In this document: positions 1 to 10,463 of the stretch, piece by piece | Numbering within the stretch: the first letter of the stretch is position 1 | How the letters are laid out: each line of letters starts with the position of its first letter | Source of the DNA: Amoebophrya sp. A120 | Lineage: Eukaryota; Protista; Dinoflagellata | DNA length: 64,000 nucleotides | Assembly: GCA_905178155.1 (NCBI GenBank) | Contig: CAJINV010000024.1 | Span: 8,310 to 72,309 of the forward strand | Reading direction: 5' to 3' | Translations under genes and position numbers: made by a program | Notes under the pieces: generated by a model | Databases searched by the model: none | Told to the model about the DNA's origin: nothing | Seen by the model: the letters and a program-made list of their open reading frames with translations, nothing else

Positions 1-641
1 ACGAAACCTTCCCGATTTCGTTGCGGTCAGATTAACCCCCGAAATTACCCCCGGGATTACCCTCTTCATTAACCGCCCGGGACCGGGGTGGTGTTTGAAA
101 GACCAAAACGCCCCGGCCTCGCGCCTGCCTGATTTCCAGAGCCGGGCCCGCTGCGCGCCGCCCCCCATAAATGCAAAGGCGCCGGGCCCCGGCGGATTTG
201 AACCATGGCCAAAGGAGCAACCCCTATGAGCCAAACCACACCAAAAGACCCCCGCCCCTCGGAAAGATGCCGGACAAAGAAAAACCGAAGACCCGGGCAA
301 GGGCCCGACCCGAGACATTCCCCGAGGTAGGGGAAAAGAGCACCCGAGGGCAGGCCACCACCAAAAGCCAAGGCGCCGCGCGCGCGAAAGGGCCCAGCGA
401 TAAGCGGCCCCCACCCCCAAGAGGACGGGGGAGAACACACAACCAGGGGAGGCGGCCCGGAAGCTTACGACACCCGGGAAAACGGAAAGCGGGAGCGCCA
501 CACTATGCCGCGCCCTCCGCCCCGAATATGGCGCGCACCCAAAGGGTGCCACACCCAACCAACCGGCCCACGATTCCCAGAATTAGCGCCATTTTAACGA
601 AATTTCACTAGCGGAAATTGCCTCGGGCCGGCTGCCTGACC

Positions 642-2795
642 GGCTCCCGCAGGACGCGGCGTAGAAAGTCCATACCGCCCGGGAAAAGAAGTCTCCGACT
701 TGTGTTGCGCAAAAGCAACTTTGGGACGGGATTTCTTTTCCAGGGCGGTATGGAATTTCTACGCTCCTGCCCCGGCTCCCGCAGGAAGCGGCGTAGAAAG
801 TCCATACCGCTCGGGGAAAGAAATCTCCGATCTGTGTTGCGCAAAAGCAGCTTTGGGGCGGGATTTCTTTTCCACGGCGGTATGCAATTTCTACGCCCCT
901 TCCCTGGCTCCCGCAGGACGCGGCGCAGAAAGTCCATATCGTCCGGGAAAAGAAATCTCCGATCTGTGTTGCGCGTAAGCAACTTCGGGGCCGGATTCCT
1001 TTCCCAGGACGGTATGGAATTTCTACGCTCCTGCCCCGGCTCCCGCAGGGCGCGGCGTAGAAAGTCCATGCCGCCCGGGGGAAGAGATCTCCGATCTGCG
1101 TTGCGCAAAAGCAACTTTGGGACGGGATTTCTTTTCCAGGGCGGTATGGAATTTCTACGCCCCTTCCCTGGCTCCCGCAGGACGCGGCGTAGAAAGTCCA
1201 TACCGCGGGGGAAAAGAAATCTCCGATCTGTGTTGCGCGACAGCAACTTCGGGGCCGGATTCCTTTCGCTTTCCCAGGACGGTATGGAATTTCTACGCTC
1301 CTGCCCCGGCTCCCGCAGGACGCGGCGTAGAAATTCCATACCGCCCGGGGAAAGAAATCTCCGATCTGTGTTGCGCAAAAGCAACTTTGGGACGGGATTT
1401 GTTTTCCAGGGCGGTAGGGAATTTCTACGCCCCTTCCCTGGCTCCCGCAGGGCGCGGCGTACGAAGTCCATACCGCCCGGGAAAAGAAATCTCCGATCTT
1501 CTTTGCGCGAGAGCAACTTCGGGGCCGGATTCCTTTCCCAGGACGGTATGGAATTTCTACGCTCCTGCCCCGGCTCCCGCAGGACGCGGCGTAGAAAGTC
1601 CATACTGCCCGGGGAAAGAAATCTCCAGTCTGTGTTGCGCAGCAGCAACTTTGGGACGGGATTGCTTTTCCAGGGCGGTATGGAATTTCAACGCCCCTTC
1701 CCTGGCTCCCGCAGGACGCGGCGTAGAAAGTCCATACCGCCCGGGAAAAGACATCTCCGCTCTGTGTTGCGCGAAAGCAACCTCGGGGCCGGATTCCTTT
1801 CCCAGGACGGTATGGAATTTCTACGCTCCTGCCCCGGCTCCCGCAGGACGCGGCGTAGAAAGTCCATACCGCCCGGGGAAAGAAATCTCCGATCTGTGTT
1901 GTGCAAAAGCAACCTCGGGGCCGGATTCCTTTCCCAGGACGGTATGGAATTTCTACGCCCCTGCCCCGGCTCCCGCAGGACGCGGCGTAGAAAGTCCATA
2001 CCGCCCGGGGAAAGAAATCTCCGATCTGTGTTGCGCAAAAGCAACTTTGGGACGGGATTTCTTTTCCAGGGCGGTATGGAATTTCTACGCCCCTTCCCTG
2101 GCTCCCGCAGGACGCGGCGTAGAAAGTCCATACCGCCCGGGAAAAGAAATCTCCGATCTGTGTTGCGCGAGAGCAACTGCGGGGCCTGATTCCTTTCCCA
2201 GGACGGTATGGAATTTCTACGCTCCTGCCCCGGCTCCCGCAGGACGCGGCGTAGCAGATCCATACCGCCCGGGGAAAGAAATCTCCGATCTGTGTCGCGC
2301 AAAAGCAACTTTGGGACGGGATTTCTTTTCCAGGGCGGTAGGGAATTTCTACGCCCCTGCCTTGGCTCCCGGCCGCAGGACGCGGCATAGAAAGGCCATA
2401 CCGCCCGGGGAAAGAAATCTCCGATCTGTGTTGCGCAAAAGCAACTTTGAGACCGGATTCCTTTTCCAGGACGGCATGGAATTTCTACGCCCCTGCCTTG
2501 GCTCCCGCAGGACGCGGCGTAGAAAGTCCATACCGCTCGGGGAGAGAAATCTCCGATCTGTGTTGCGCAAAAGCAACTTTGGGACCGGATTTCTTTTCCA
2601 GGGCGGTATGGAATTTCTACGCCCCTACCCTGGAGCCCGCAGCGCGCGGCGTAGAAAATCCATACCGCCCGGGGAAAGAGATCTCCGATCTGTGTTGCGC
2701 AAAAGCAACCTTGGGGCCAGATTTCTTTTCCAGGGCGGTATGGAATTTCTACGCCCCTGCCTTGTCTCCCGCAGGATGGACGCGGCGTAGGAATT
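642..2795. repeat. Tandem satellite, 132-bp monomer, ~16 copies, each monomer an imperfect hairpin
   Basis: GGCTCCCGCAG recurs at 642, 774, 906, 1038 and onward (period 132). Each unit has 35-nt inverted arms (GCGTAGAAAGTCCATACCGCCCGGGAAAAGAAATC / GATTTCTTTTCCAGGGCGGTATGGAATTTCTACGC). Two variants largely alternate. Confidence 0.95.
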
Positions 2796-3114
2796 CTTGG
2801 CCAGGAACGTCCGCCCCCCCCCGCCTCACACCAGGCGCGGCGCGCGTAGCTAGTGACCTAGTTTGCGGCGCGCTAGTGGGGGGAGGGTGTTTGCCTGCCG
2901 TGGCCACCTGCCGCAGACACCTGTCGCGGTCACCTGTCGCGGTCACCCTGTGTGTCCGGGGGTATGCGTTACCAGAACCCGGAAGGCTTTTCTATTTTTG
3001 AAAAATAGAGAGCTGCGCAAAAAGTTACTCTTTGCGAGATTCGAACTTCTTTGCTGCAGCGGAAGTCGCAGCTTTATGGTTTATTTCTGAAAAGAAAAAA
3101 CGAATCTGACTAGA

Positions 3115-3792
3115 CGCCCGGGCTCTGTAACTGTAATCAGACATCCCAGGCGACAGGGGGCGGCGACACGTGGAGGCGACAGGCGACGGCGACAGGCAGA
3201 ACGACAGGCAGAACGACAGGCAAAACGACAGGCGAAAGGACAGGCGGCGGCGACAGGCCAACAATGCCAGCTTTTGTTTGACGTGGTTCCGCACCAGCAG
3301 CAGCAACAAAAAAGCCGCGAGCCCTTTTTATTTCCGAGAAGAAAAAAGCAGCTCTTTTATTCACACGCAAAAAATAATTATCATGTTTTGGATATTATGA
3401 GTAAATTAAATTATTTTTTGCGCATGAATATTGAAAAGAAGAGAGATGCTTTTTTCTTCTCGGAAATAAATGACTTTTTGCTTTTTTGTTGTTGCTGCTG
3501 CTGGTGCTGAACCGCATTAGAAGTTGGCGCTTTTGGCCTGTCGTCGCCGCCTGTCGTTTCGCCTCTCCTTTCGCCTGTCGTTTCGCCTCTCCTTTCGCCT
3601 GTCGTTTCGCCTGTCGTTTCGCCTCTCCTTTCGCCTGTCGTTTCGCCTCTCCTTTCGCCTGTCGTTTCGCCTCTCCTTTCGCCTGTCGTTTGGCCTCTCC
3701 TTTCGCCTGTCGTTTCGCCTGTCGCCGTCACCTCTCGGCGTCACCTGTCGCCGTCACCTGTCGTCTGGGGTATGTGATCACAGAACCCGGAA
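3115..3792. repeat. Foldback-like inverted repeat with internally repetitive arms (CGACAGGC / TTTCGCCTGTCG-TTTCGCCTCTCC)
   Basis: 3115-3355 is the approximate reverse complement of 3440-3792 around an AT-rich spacer. The right arm contains an expanded 12/24-bp minisatellite. Confidence 0.75.
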
Positions 3793-3819
3793 GTCAAGCA
3801 ATATAAATATTAATTTTCA

Positions 3820-3891
3820 GTGTCATATGTAGCAAACTTGTGATGCAGATCTTGCAAAGTCATCACAGTGAAACACTTTCTTCGTACGATA
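3820..3891. mobile_element. Truncated family C introner (right terminus only)
   Basis: ACAGTGAAACACTTTCTTCGTACGATA matches the termini of 7516-7724. No left TIR is found before the foldback repeat. Confidence 0.6.
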
Positions 3892-6800
3892 TTGCTGTAC
3901 GGAAGTTTAGCAGCCTGAAGCGCTTTTGCTGCGCGGGTGGCTTGATACTGTTCCTTTTTCTCTTTCTCCTGTTCGTCGTGCCGTTTTCTTTTGAAGGAAG
4001 GCGGCGAAGCACAAAAGCTGCTCTCCTCGAGGGTCGTGTCTTGATGGTATGCAAGAAAAAAACTGCGTAAGTGTAATGCAGAACATGCAACAGAGTAACG
4101 CCTGTCATGCCAGACAGCCACGAAGTCCGCTACTCGTGTGCGTTCTCCCTTCCGAGCCACGCATGATAGGTTTTCTCGGTCATGTAGAGCAAATTTGTGA
4201 TGCTGTAAGCCAAAGAGAGTTACACTAACACAGTTTTTTTTCTTGGATAGATGCGTTGTGGTGTCTACAACTTCCTTGGCGGAATTCTTTACATCTCTTT
4301 CAACATCATCTTCTTTCTTGCAGTACAGCCGTCTCACATTTTTCTCGTAGATCCCGGCCACTTCTTCCAGCATGCAGTCCTGGATGCGCTTCGCCCCTTT
4401 TGCCAAGGTCTCCAGCTGCTTCTCCTGCTTTTCCAAAACGTACGCGAACCGGAGAAACCGGTTGCGGAAATACCGGTTGTCTTCCAGCCACATATCCAAG
4501 GAAGAAAGTGTACATAGTGATATAAGTCTGTCATGCAGAGAATGCAGACACAGAGTTGCGCACGCGCTTGTCATGCTGGCGAGGCATGAAGTCCTCTTTT
4601 CTTGCAAGAACATAAAGCTGTATGTGTTTAGTTTTCAAGTGCTGGCGCCTGCGCATGACACCAGGCATTCTCTGTCATGCAACACAAATTTTTCATGCTG
4701 TCACTCCAAGACACCTACAGTAACGCAGTTTTTCACTTGGATACCGGACGTCCACAAAATAGTTTTCCAGCGAGTACTCAAAGTCGTCCATAATCTCCGC
4801 CACCTGCCCCGCGTCCTGCTTGCACTTTTCCGCAACCTATCAAGTGCAAAAGTGTCTGGGTCTGGAAGAATGCCAGACTTGTCATGCAGGTTTTCCATGA
4901 TCCATGAGGTCTGGTATGTAGGACATAGCATGACAGATTCTGCGAGAGTTCTGTCATGCCTATCCTGCATGAGAAACTGCCTCTCGATTAGGTCAAAAAT
5001 GTACAGCTCTTGGTAATCATGCAACACTTTTCTACATGATTCAGATTTAGCATGATAAGTTGCTTTGTTCCAGACCCAGACATATTTGCAATGCATACAA
5101 CCACCGCTGCGGGCGAGGCTATCAAAAGGAAAAATCCCCCCTCTCATATTGACAAGGTACGTTTCTGCAAATTTGTGTTGCTGATTTGTGCCCACAAATC
5201 GTGTCTGTCTTGCAAGAAGGCAACTCCACAAGCTCCGCAGTGTTGTGCAGGCGGTTTGTGATGCTGATGGGCCTACGGCGCGGACGTTTCTCATGCTAGA
5301 CGCCTAGGCCAAAACCTCTCTACTTAGGCTTAGTGTGGGCCTGCATTCCTCTCCAGCAAGACAAATCTGATTTGTGTACGCAAATCCTGCGTCAGAAACT
5401 TCGTTTTGATATGGGGAGGGGAGATTTTTCCTTTTGATACAGGCCGGGTGCAGTTTGGTCAGCGTCCACTTCCCGCTCAGCCGCTTCGCGTTCTCGAGGA
5501 CCAAACTGTTGATGCGGTTCAGCTGGTCCACCATGTTGCTGATCACCGACTGCCCCGGCGCAGTGCCGATCGGCAGGCCGGGTCCCGGCCGTTTGAATGG
5601 CTGGCCGAAGTACGTCGGCTGCGCAAACTCGCGTTGGTGAAAGGGTCCTCGTCGGGGCTTGGCGGTGCTGCTGCTGCTTGTCTTTATGCATTGCAAAGAT
5701 GTCTGGATCTGGAATAAACTTGTAATGCTGAGTGGCGAATCATGAGAAAACCACAATTGCTGACTCAGCATGACAGGTTTCTGAGTTTGTCGTAGGTGTT
5801 GTCTACTCTGCATGACGAACTGCGTTTTACTTGCATGGCAGGACGTTGCTGCATTTAGGCAACGTGCATGACAGACTTGAGAGTCATGCTAGCCGAGCAT
5901 GACAAACTGGCACTCTTCCAGACCCAGACATATCTGCAGGTGATAGTCTGTGGCGAAGGAACTACAACGGCAGGTGCTGCGCCAGTTGTACCAGTGGTCC
6001 CCGCCCCTCCTTCCTTCACTGCTGCTGCCGCCGCCGCGCGGGATTTTTCTCCTGCGATTATCATCGCCCGCAGATCCGTATGAATTGCAAAAGTATCGCA
6101 CTCGTATAAATGCATTACAAATTTCCCCAGCATGATAAATAAAATTTGTATATGCAGATTTGCCTCAAGACAAAGATTTGTAATGCAAGACTTGCATTCA
6201 TACGAATACGATACGTTTGCACAGGATAATCCGGCGAACCGAGGTCCTCCGTGAGCACCGTCATCTTTTTTCTTTTTCCGTGAATCACGGGCGTTGCGTC
6301 CCCGTCTTCATTTTCCTCCGGCCAGTGCTCGCTTGGTGGCGTGAGGAAAAGTAGTCTTGTCACGAGGGACCGCATATGGATTGCAAAAATGTCTGGGTCT
6401 GGAAGGTTGGAACTTGTGATGCTAACTTTGGAACCCTGGAACCCTGAGGTGATGTCACTAAGTTTTTTTTTGGCTTGAAGACCCCCTCCTACCCCCCCGA
6501 TCCCGGAAGGGAAAATGGATGCTAACTTTGGACTTCTCTAAAAAATTCTGTATTGCATGACCAGCAAGAGGAGTCCGGTTTGTGCTACGCGTGGAGGGAA
6601 TTTGTCATGCGGAATAGGCATCAGGAAGGCCTCCAAAAATCTGTGATGCTAGGGCTTCCATGACAGACGTTCTATGTCATGCAGAAACAGCATAACAAAC
6701 GTCGGATTCTTCCAGACCCAGCCATTTTTGCATTTGGTACCGCAGCTTGCCCTCGTCATCCAGATCAGCGAAGTACTGAATGTCATCATCCACGTGCGTT

Positions 6801-8357
6801 TCCACGGGCCTCCCGCGCTCCTCGGGGCTCGGACCTTCCGGCATGGTCAGCTCGTGGTACATATGCATTGCAAATATGTGTGAGCCTAGAAGAATGTAAC
6901 TTGTGATGCTGCAGTTGGATTCTAGAAAAATCTGTGTTGCATGAGCAGCAAAGGGAGGCCATCTACTTTTGCTACGCGGAGAGGGCATTTGTCATGCGGA
7001 ATGGGCAACATCAAGATGCATTCAGAAAATTTGTGATGCTAAAACAACCGCACCGACATTGCCATTGTCCATTATCGCTGGGGAGGCAAGCCTCCGCAGG
7101 CGCTGGAGCGGCATAGGGAAAATTTGTGATGCGAAAAATACATCACAGATGTCATGGCTCATGCAAAACGTGCATGAAAAAGCTCCAGTCTTCCAGATCC
7201 AGACCACGTATTTGCACTTGATAGTACACGGCCCGCGGCCACTCCTGAATGTCACCGCTCAAGCATTTGTCGCAGAAGTCGTCGTCGTACGCACAGCTTT
7301 GCACCTCTTCAAACATTTCGTTCTCGGCGACCAGGCCCATTTCTTCCACTGGGTCAGCATGTGCATCATCTACCACGTGCATGACTGCATCCCCATTGTC
7401 ACCACCAGACTTCGCACCATCCTCGTTCATCGTAGTGCCACTACGGCAACCACTGCCACCACCCAGCAACGACCGGATTTGCTTGACCGCAGAACAGTAG
7501 TCGTACAGCTTCCTGTATCGTACGAAAAAAGTGCTTCACTGTAAGGATTTTGCAAGTTTTGCATCCCAAGCTCGTTACACATGACGAAGAAAACTTGCCA
7601 TGCGCGCTTCCTAAGGCAAAACACGTTGAAAAACCCAGTGTGTTGCATGTGTAGCAAGACAAGTAGTTGTGTGCTCCATTCTATGCATCACAAGTTCACA
7701 GTGAAGCAGTTTTTTCGTGCGATATCCTATCTGCCACTTCGTTGTTCACCATGGCCAGTCGTTGCATCTCTCGCATGAGAAGCTCCCGTTGCTCCACCCG
7801 GCGGCAGCGGCCGTTCAGGAGCAGTAGCATCAGCTTCACGCAGATCTCATGCCGGTCAAAAATGGCCGCGCCGCATCTGGAACAAGGGAGGAATGTATAA
7901 ATGTCCTCGAGAAATGAATTTAGAAGTTGTTATACCGGTAGCACGCTTGCAGTCTCGCTGACAAAGCGCGCTCGCCATGAACAAAGTTGTGCATCATGAC
8001 AAAGCGAAATTGATGATATAAACAAAATTTATAGTATTACTTGGGTTCCCGGGGGATGCACTTGAACATGTTGGGAAAGATGTCGTCTTTCAACTCCCTG
8101 AACAGCTGCCGGATCGTTTTCCGGAGGGGGCAAAAGAGTTGGAAGTCCTGCGTGAACTCCGCCCCGATGTACTCCCCGGTCGCCAGTAGCTGCAAGTTGG
8201 TGTGCGTGTGCATGTTATCGAGGTTTTCGTCTTTCAAAGCGATACTCGGGAGTTTTGGCGGCTCGCAGTACGGGGAGTCGCGTTTCCCGCATTGCCGGTA
8301 GTACGCCGGGAGAATGTAGTGACCGGTACTACCGGTCGAGACGAGCGCGCCGGACAT
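3892..8357 (-). CDS. Multi-exon hypothetical protein interrupted by 9 introners and one GT-AG intron (7877-8040); 3' end unresolved
   Basis: Removing each element plus one 5-bp repeat gives one continuous frame: MSGALVSTG...IPREPK|CGAAIFDRHE...EVADR|KLYDYCS...PRAVY|HELT...GKLR|SLVT...GSPD|LRAM...SPQT|SSSS...LHPA|SPAAVV|AEKCKQD...VDVR|LEDNRYF...TTTH|QDTTLEE. No domain recognised. Confidence 0.8.
4048..4249. mobile_element. Introner family C
   Basis: TIR TATGCAAGAAAAAAACTG / CAGTTTTTTTTCTTGGATA; direct repeats GATGG/GATGC; frame preserved. Confidence 0.85.
4493..4743. mobile_element. Introner family C
   Basis: TIR TATCCAAG / CTTGGATA; degenerate repeats CCACA/CCGGA; frame restored. Confidence 0.8.
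4838..5097. mobile_element. Introner family A
   Basis: TIR TATCAAGTGCAAAAGTGTCTGGGTCTGGAA / TTCCAGACCCAGACATATTTGCAATGCATA; perfect repeat CAACC. Confidence 0.93.
5120..5439. mobile_element. Introner family B
   Basis: TIR TATCAAAAGGAAAAATC / GATTTTTCCTTTTGATA; repeats GAGGC/CAGGC. Confidence 0.92.
5685..5945. mobile_element. Introner family A
   Basis: Family A TIRs; repeats GTCTT/GTCTG; frame restored (SPQT|SSSS). Confidence 0.9.
6079..6228. mobile_element. Introner family D
   Basis: TATGAATTGCAAAAGTATCG ... CGATACGTTTGCACAGGATA; perfect repeat ATCCG. Confidence 0.92.
6375..6739. mobile_element. Introner family A carrying an 85-bp nested insertion
   Basis: Family A TIRs; perfect repeat CCGCA; internal 15-bp duplication GATGCTAACTTTGGA at 6418 and 6518. 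Confidence 0.92.
6862..7223. mobile_element. Introner family A carrying a 78-bp nested insertion
   Basis: Family A TIRs; perfect repeat GTACA; internal duplication GAAAATTTGTGATGC at 7025 and 7118. Confidence 0.9.
7516..7724. mobile_element. Introner family C
   Basis: TIR TATCGTACGAAAAAAGTGCTTCACTGT / ACAGTGAAGCAGTTTTTTCGTGCGATA; repeats TCCTG/TCCTA. Confidence 0.92.
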
Positions 8358-10463
8358 CTTGACCACAGGGCTTTGCCTGCTTAGTTGGTTTCTACAGACA
8401 CAATTTGTCTTCGTTTTTTCAAGATTTGAAATTTCTAGTAACTAGTACGGTAAGCTAAGAGCACGGAGCTACACCCTGTGCTAACGAAGTCAAGTAGAAG
8501 GGAGTTGTAAGTGCTAGAAGTCTAACCTCACTACATGCTTTATCACTACGGCTACAACGATAAAGGGCTACGGAAACATAAATACATAGGTGCCGCTGCA
8601 GAAAAGTGAAGAAGGGTATTTGATGAGATATAACCAGGATAAGACATGTGAATCTCCCCAACATCTATCAAGTTTTGCAAAATAAATCCGAGACTACCAG
8701 GATATTAGTTGTGCAGACGAGACATAAACGAAAACGGCACTTTTCTGAGTTGCATTTTCATATTCGTGCTCGTCATTCTTTTCCTCCGCAGAAAAAGTTT
8801 GGTCTACGAATGGGCGTTGTACAAGGTGGAACAGTTTGAACGAGTAAGTTGTTCTTTTTGCATTTCCATCTTTCTTAGTCTATCGCTAGCCTTGGATTCT
8901 ATTCTGGTGTAAACAGGTCCAGAGTCCAAGTAGTGCTGAGGCTAGATAAAGATACCACAGTGTGTCAAACTGCGATAGAGTTCGCTTCGACGCCCAATCT
9001 TGATAGCTCTGAATTGTATTCACTCATCTCCTTGAACCTCATGCTCCGAAGATGTACTTGTTTGCATGAGTCGGGATCTGTGGTATCAAAATGTGCCTCA
9101 GATCCTGATCTGCCATCAAGAGATCTATCTTTATCCCTCAGTCACGGATCAGCCTTTCGCTCCGGATCAAGACTTCTTCTGGGAGTAGCACGGTGCTGCC
9201 GGACGAAAACTAGAACGAAAGAAGCTTCACTGGCTTGGGTTACTTGTACTTCCGACAATGCACGGATGTAGGGCTGCTCAACACAAAAGGAAAACATTTC
9301 TCGAATTTCCAATAAGTCGAACCTGGAACAACGCACCTGCTCGGCCAGCGATTTTTCTTTTCTTCGATGTAAGTACTTCGTTTGGTTTTGCCGCCATGGC
9401 GACCCGTGCTGTTGTATGTCCGTTTTTCTTAATATCATACAAACCTTGTTTGACCTTTTGGTCGTCTACGTTAGCATTTCCTTTCAGATCCAGAAACACA
9501 GATGCTAGTTGGTGTACCAAACTTAAACTCAGTGGCGAGACTTTTTTTTCACGACGTTATTGTTAGTGTACTCGGCTTCGACGTGCTGTAATACTTACTC
9601 ATCATGCTTGCACCTTTCTCCGATCCATACTCTTACTCAACTTTTACTTTTCCAAAAAGATAAGAACTTATGACTTCATCACCACGTGCCTCATCCCGTC
9701 CAACTATGGCAACGCAATCTTACAAAACGTCTAATGTGGAAATTTGTTCTTGATCATACAGGTTTCGAAAACTTCTAAAACTCGATGGTCGCATATTCGC
9801 ACTTGATGCGGTTGTTAGTGGGTGTCTAAAACTCGCACCGCAATCCAATACTAGTGCACTACTTACTCTACAAAGATATAAGCTTCTTGCGGTCTGTAAA
9901 AGACTTTCGGTCGCAGATCTTGCTGCACAGCATTACAAAGGCTGGGGCAGAACTGGTTCCGGTCTTTTTTCTTGGCTCGTAAGGTTTACCACTCTTCACT
10001 TAATGTACTTACTATAGTATGTCATCTGTCCTAGTAGCCTAGAGCCTGCTGTTTGACATTTCATCACCAAAGCCTTCTGCAAGTATACTCGTGACAGATC
10101 TCCCAAGGCACGGCTTTTGTTGCAGTTGGCGTTCTACCTCCTCCGACGACGAAGTAGAAGCAAATCTCAATTTGTATCTGTGGCAATAGTGGGCGAATAG
10201 AAAAGTAAACCATACAACGGGAAAAGTACGACTGACCAGTGCTCCACCTGAATACACTATGTCCCAATCTAAGGACCTACTGTCTAATGAGTGGATTTAG
10301 CTTGGTTCTGTCCAAAACATATCAAACCAGTCGGTCGTGCGCATCTGAGTCACAATTTCCGTCGCCCGTTGTCGCCAAGTGATTCTCGTTCTCACACGAT
10401 AGTACAGATTGGAAAATACTCTGATTCTGAACTTCCTTTTAGTCATGACGCAGCCCTGCTTAC

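Noticed and set aside
1-640. GC-rich leader segment, possibly rDNA spacer or coding
   Set aside because: No rRNA signature or protein-like frame recognised.
583-2790. ORFs of 500-600 aa on both strands
   Set aside because: Artefact of a stop-poor 132-bp (44-codon) satellite, open in several frames at once.
642-2795. CRISPR-like palindromic array
   Set aside because: No unique spacers, eukaryotic context and no cas genes.
4701-5294. Recurrent peptides such as CKNVWVWK, FQTQTFLH and LPDPDIFAFD in many short ORFs
   Set aside because: They are translations of introner TIRs, not a protein family or transposase.
8400-10400. AT-richer region with broken minus-strand frames, possibly a decayed transposon
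   Set aside because: No RT, integrase or transposase motif, and no terminal repeats could be identified.
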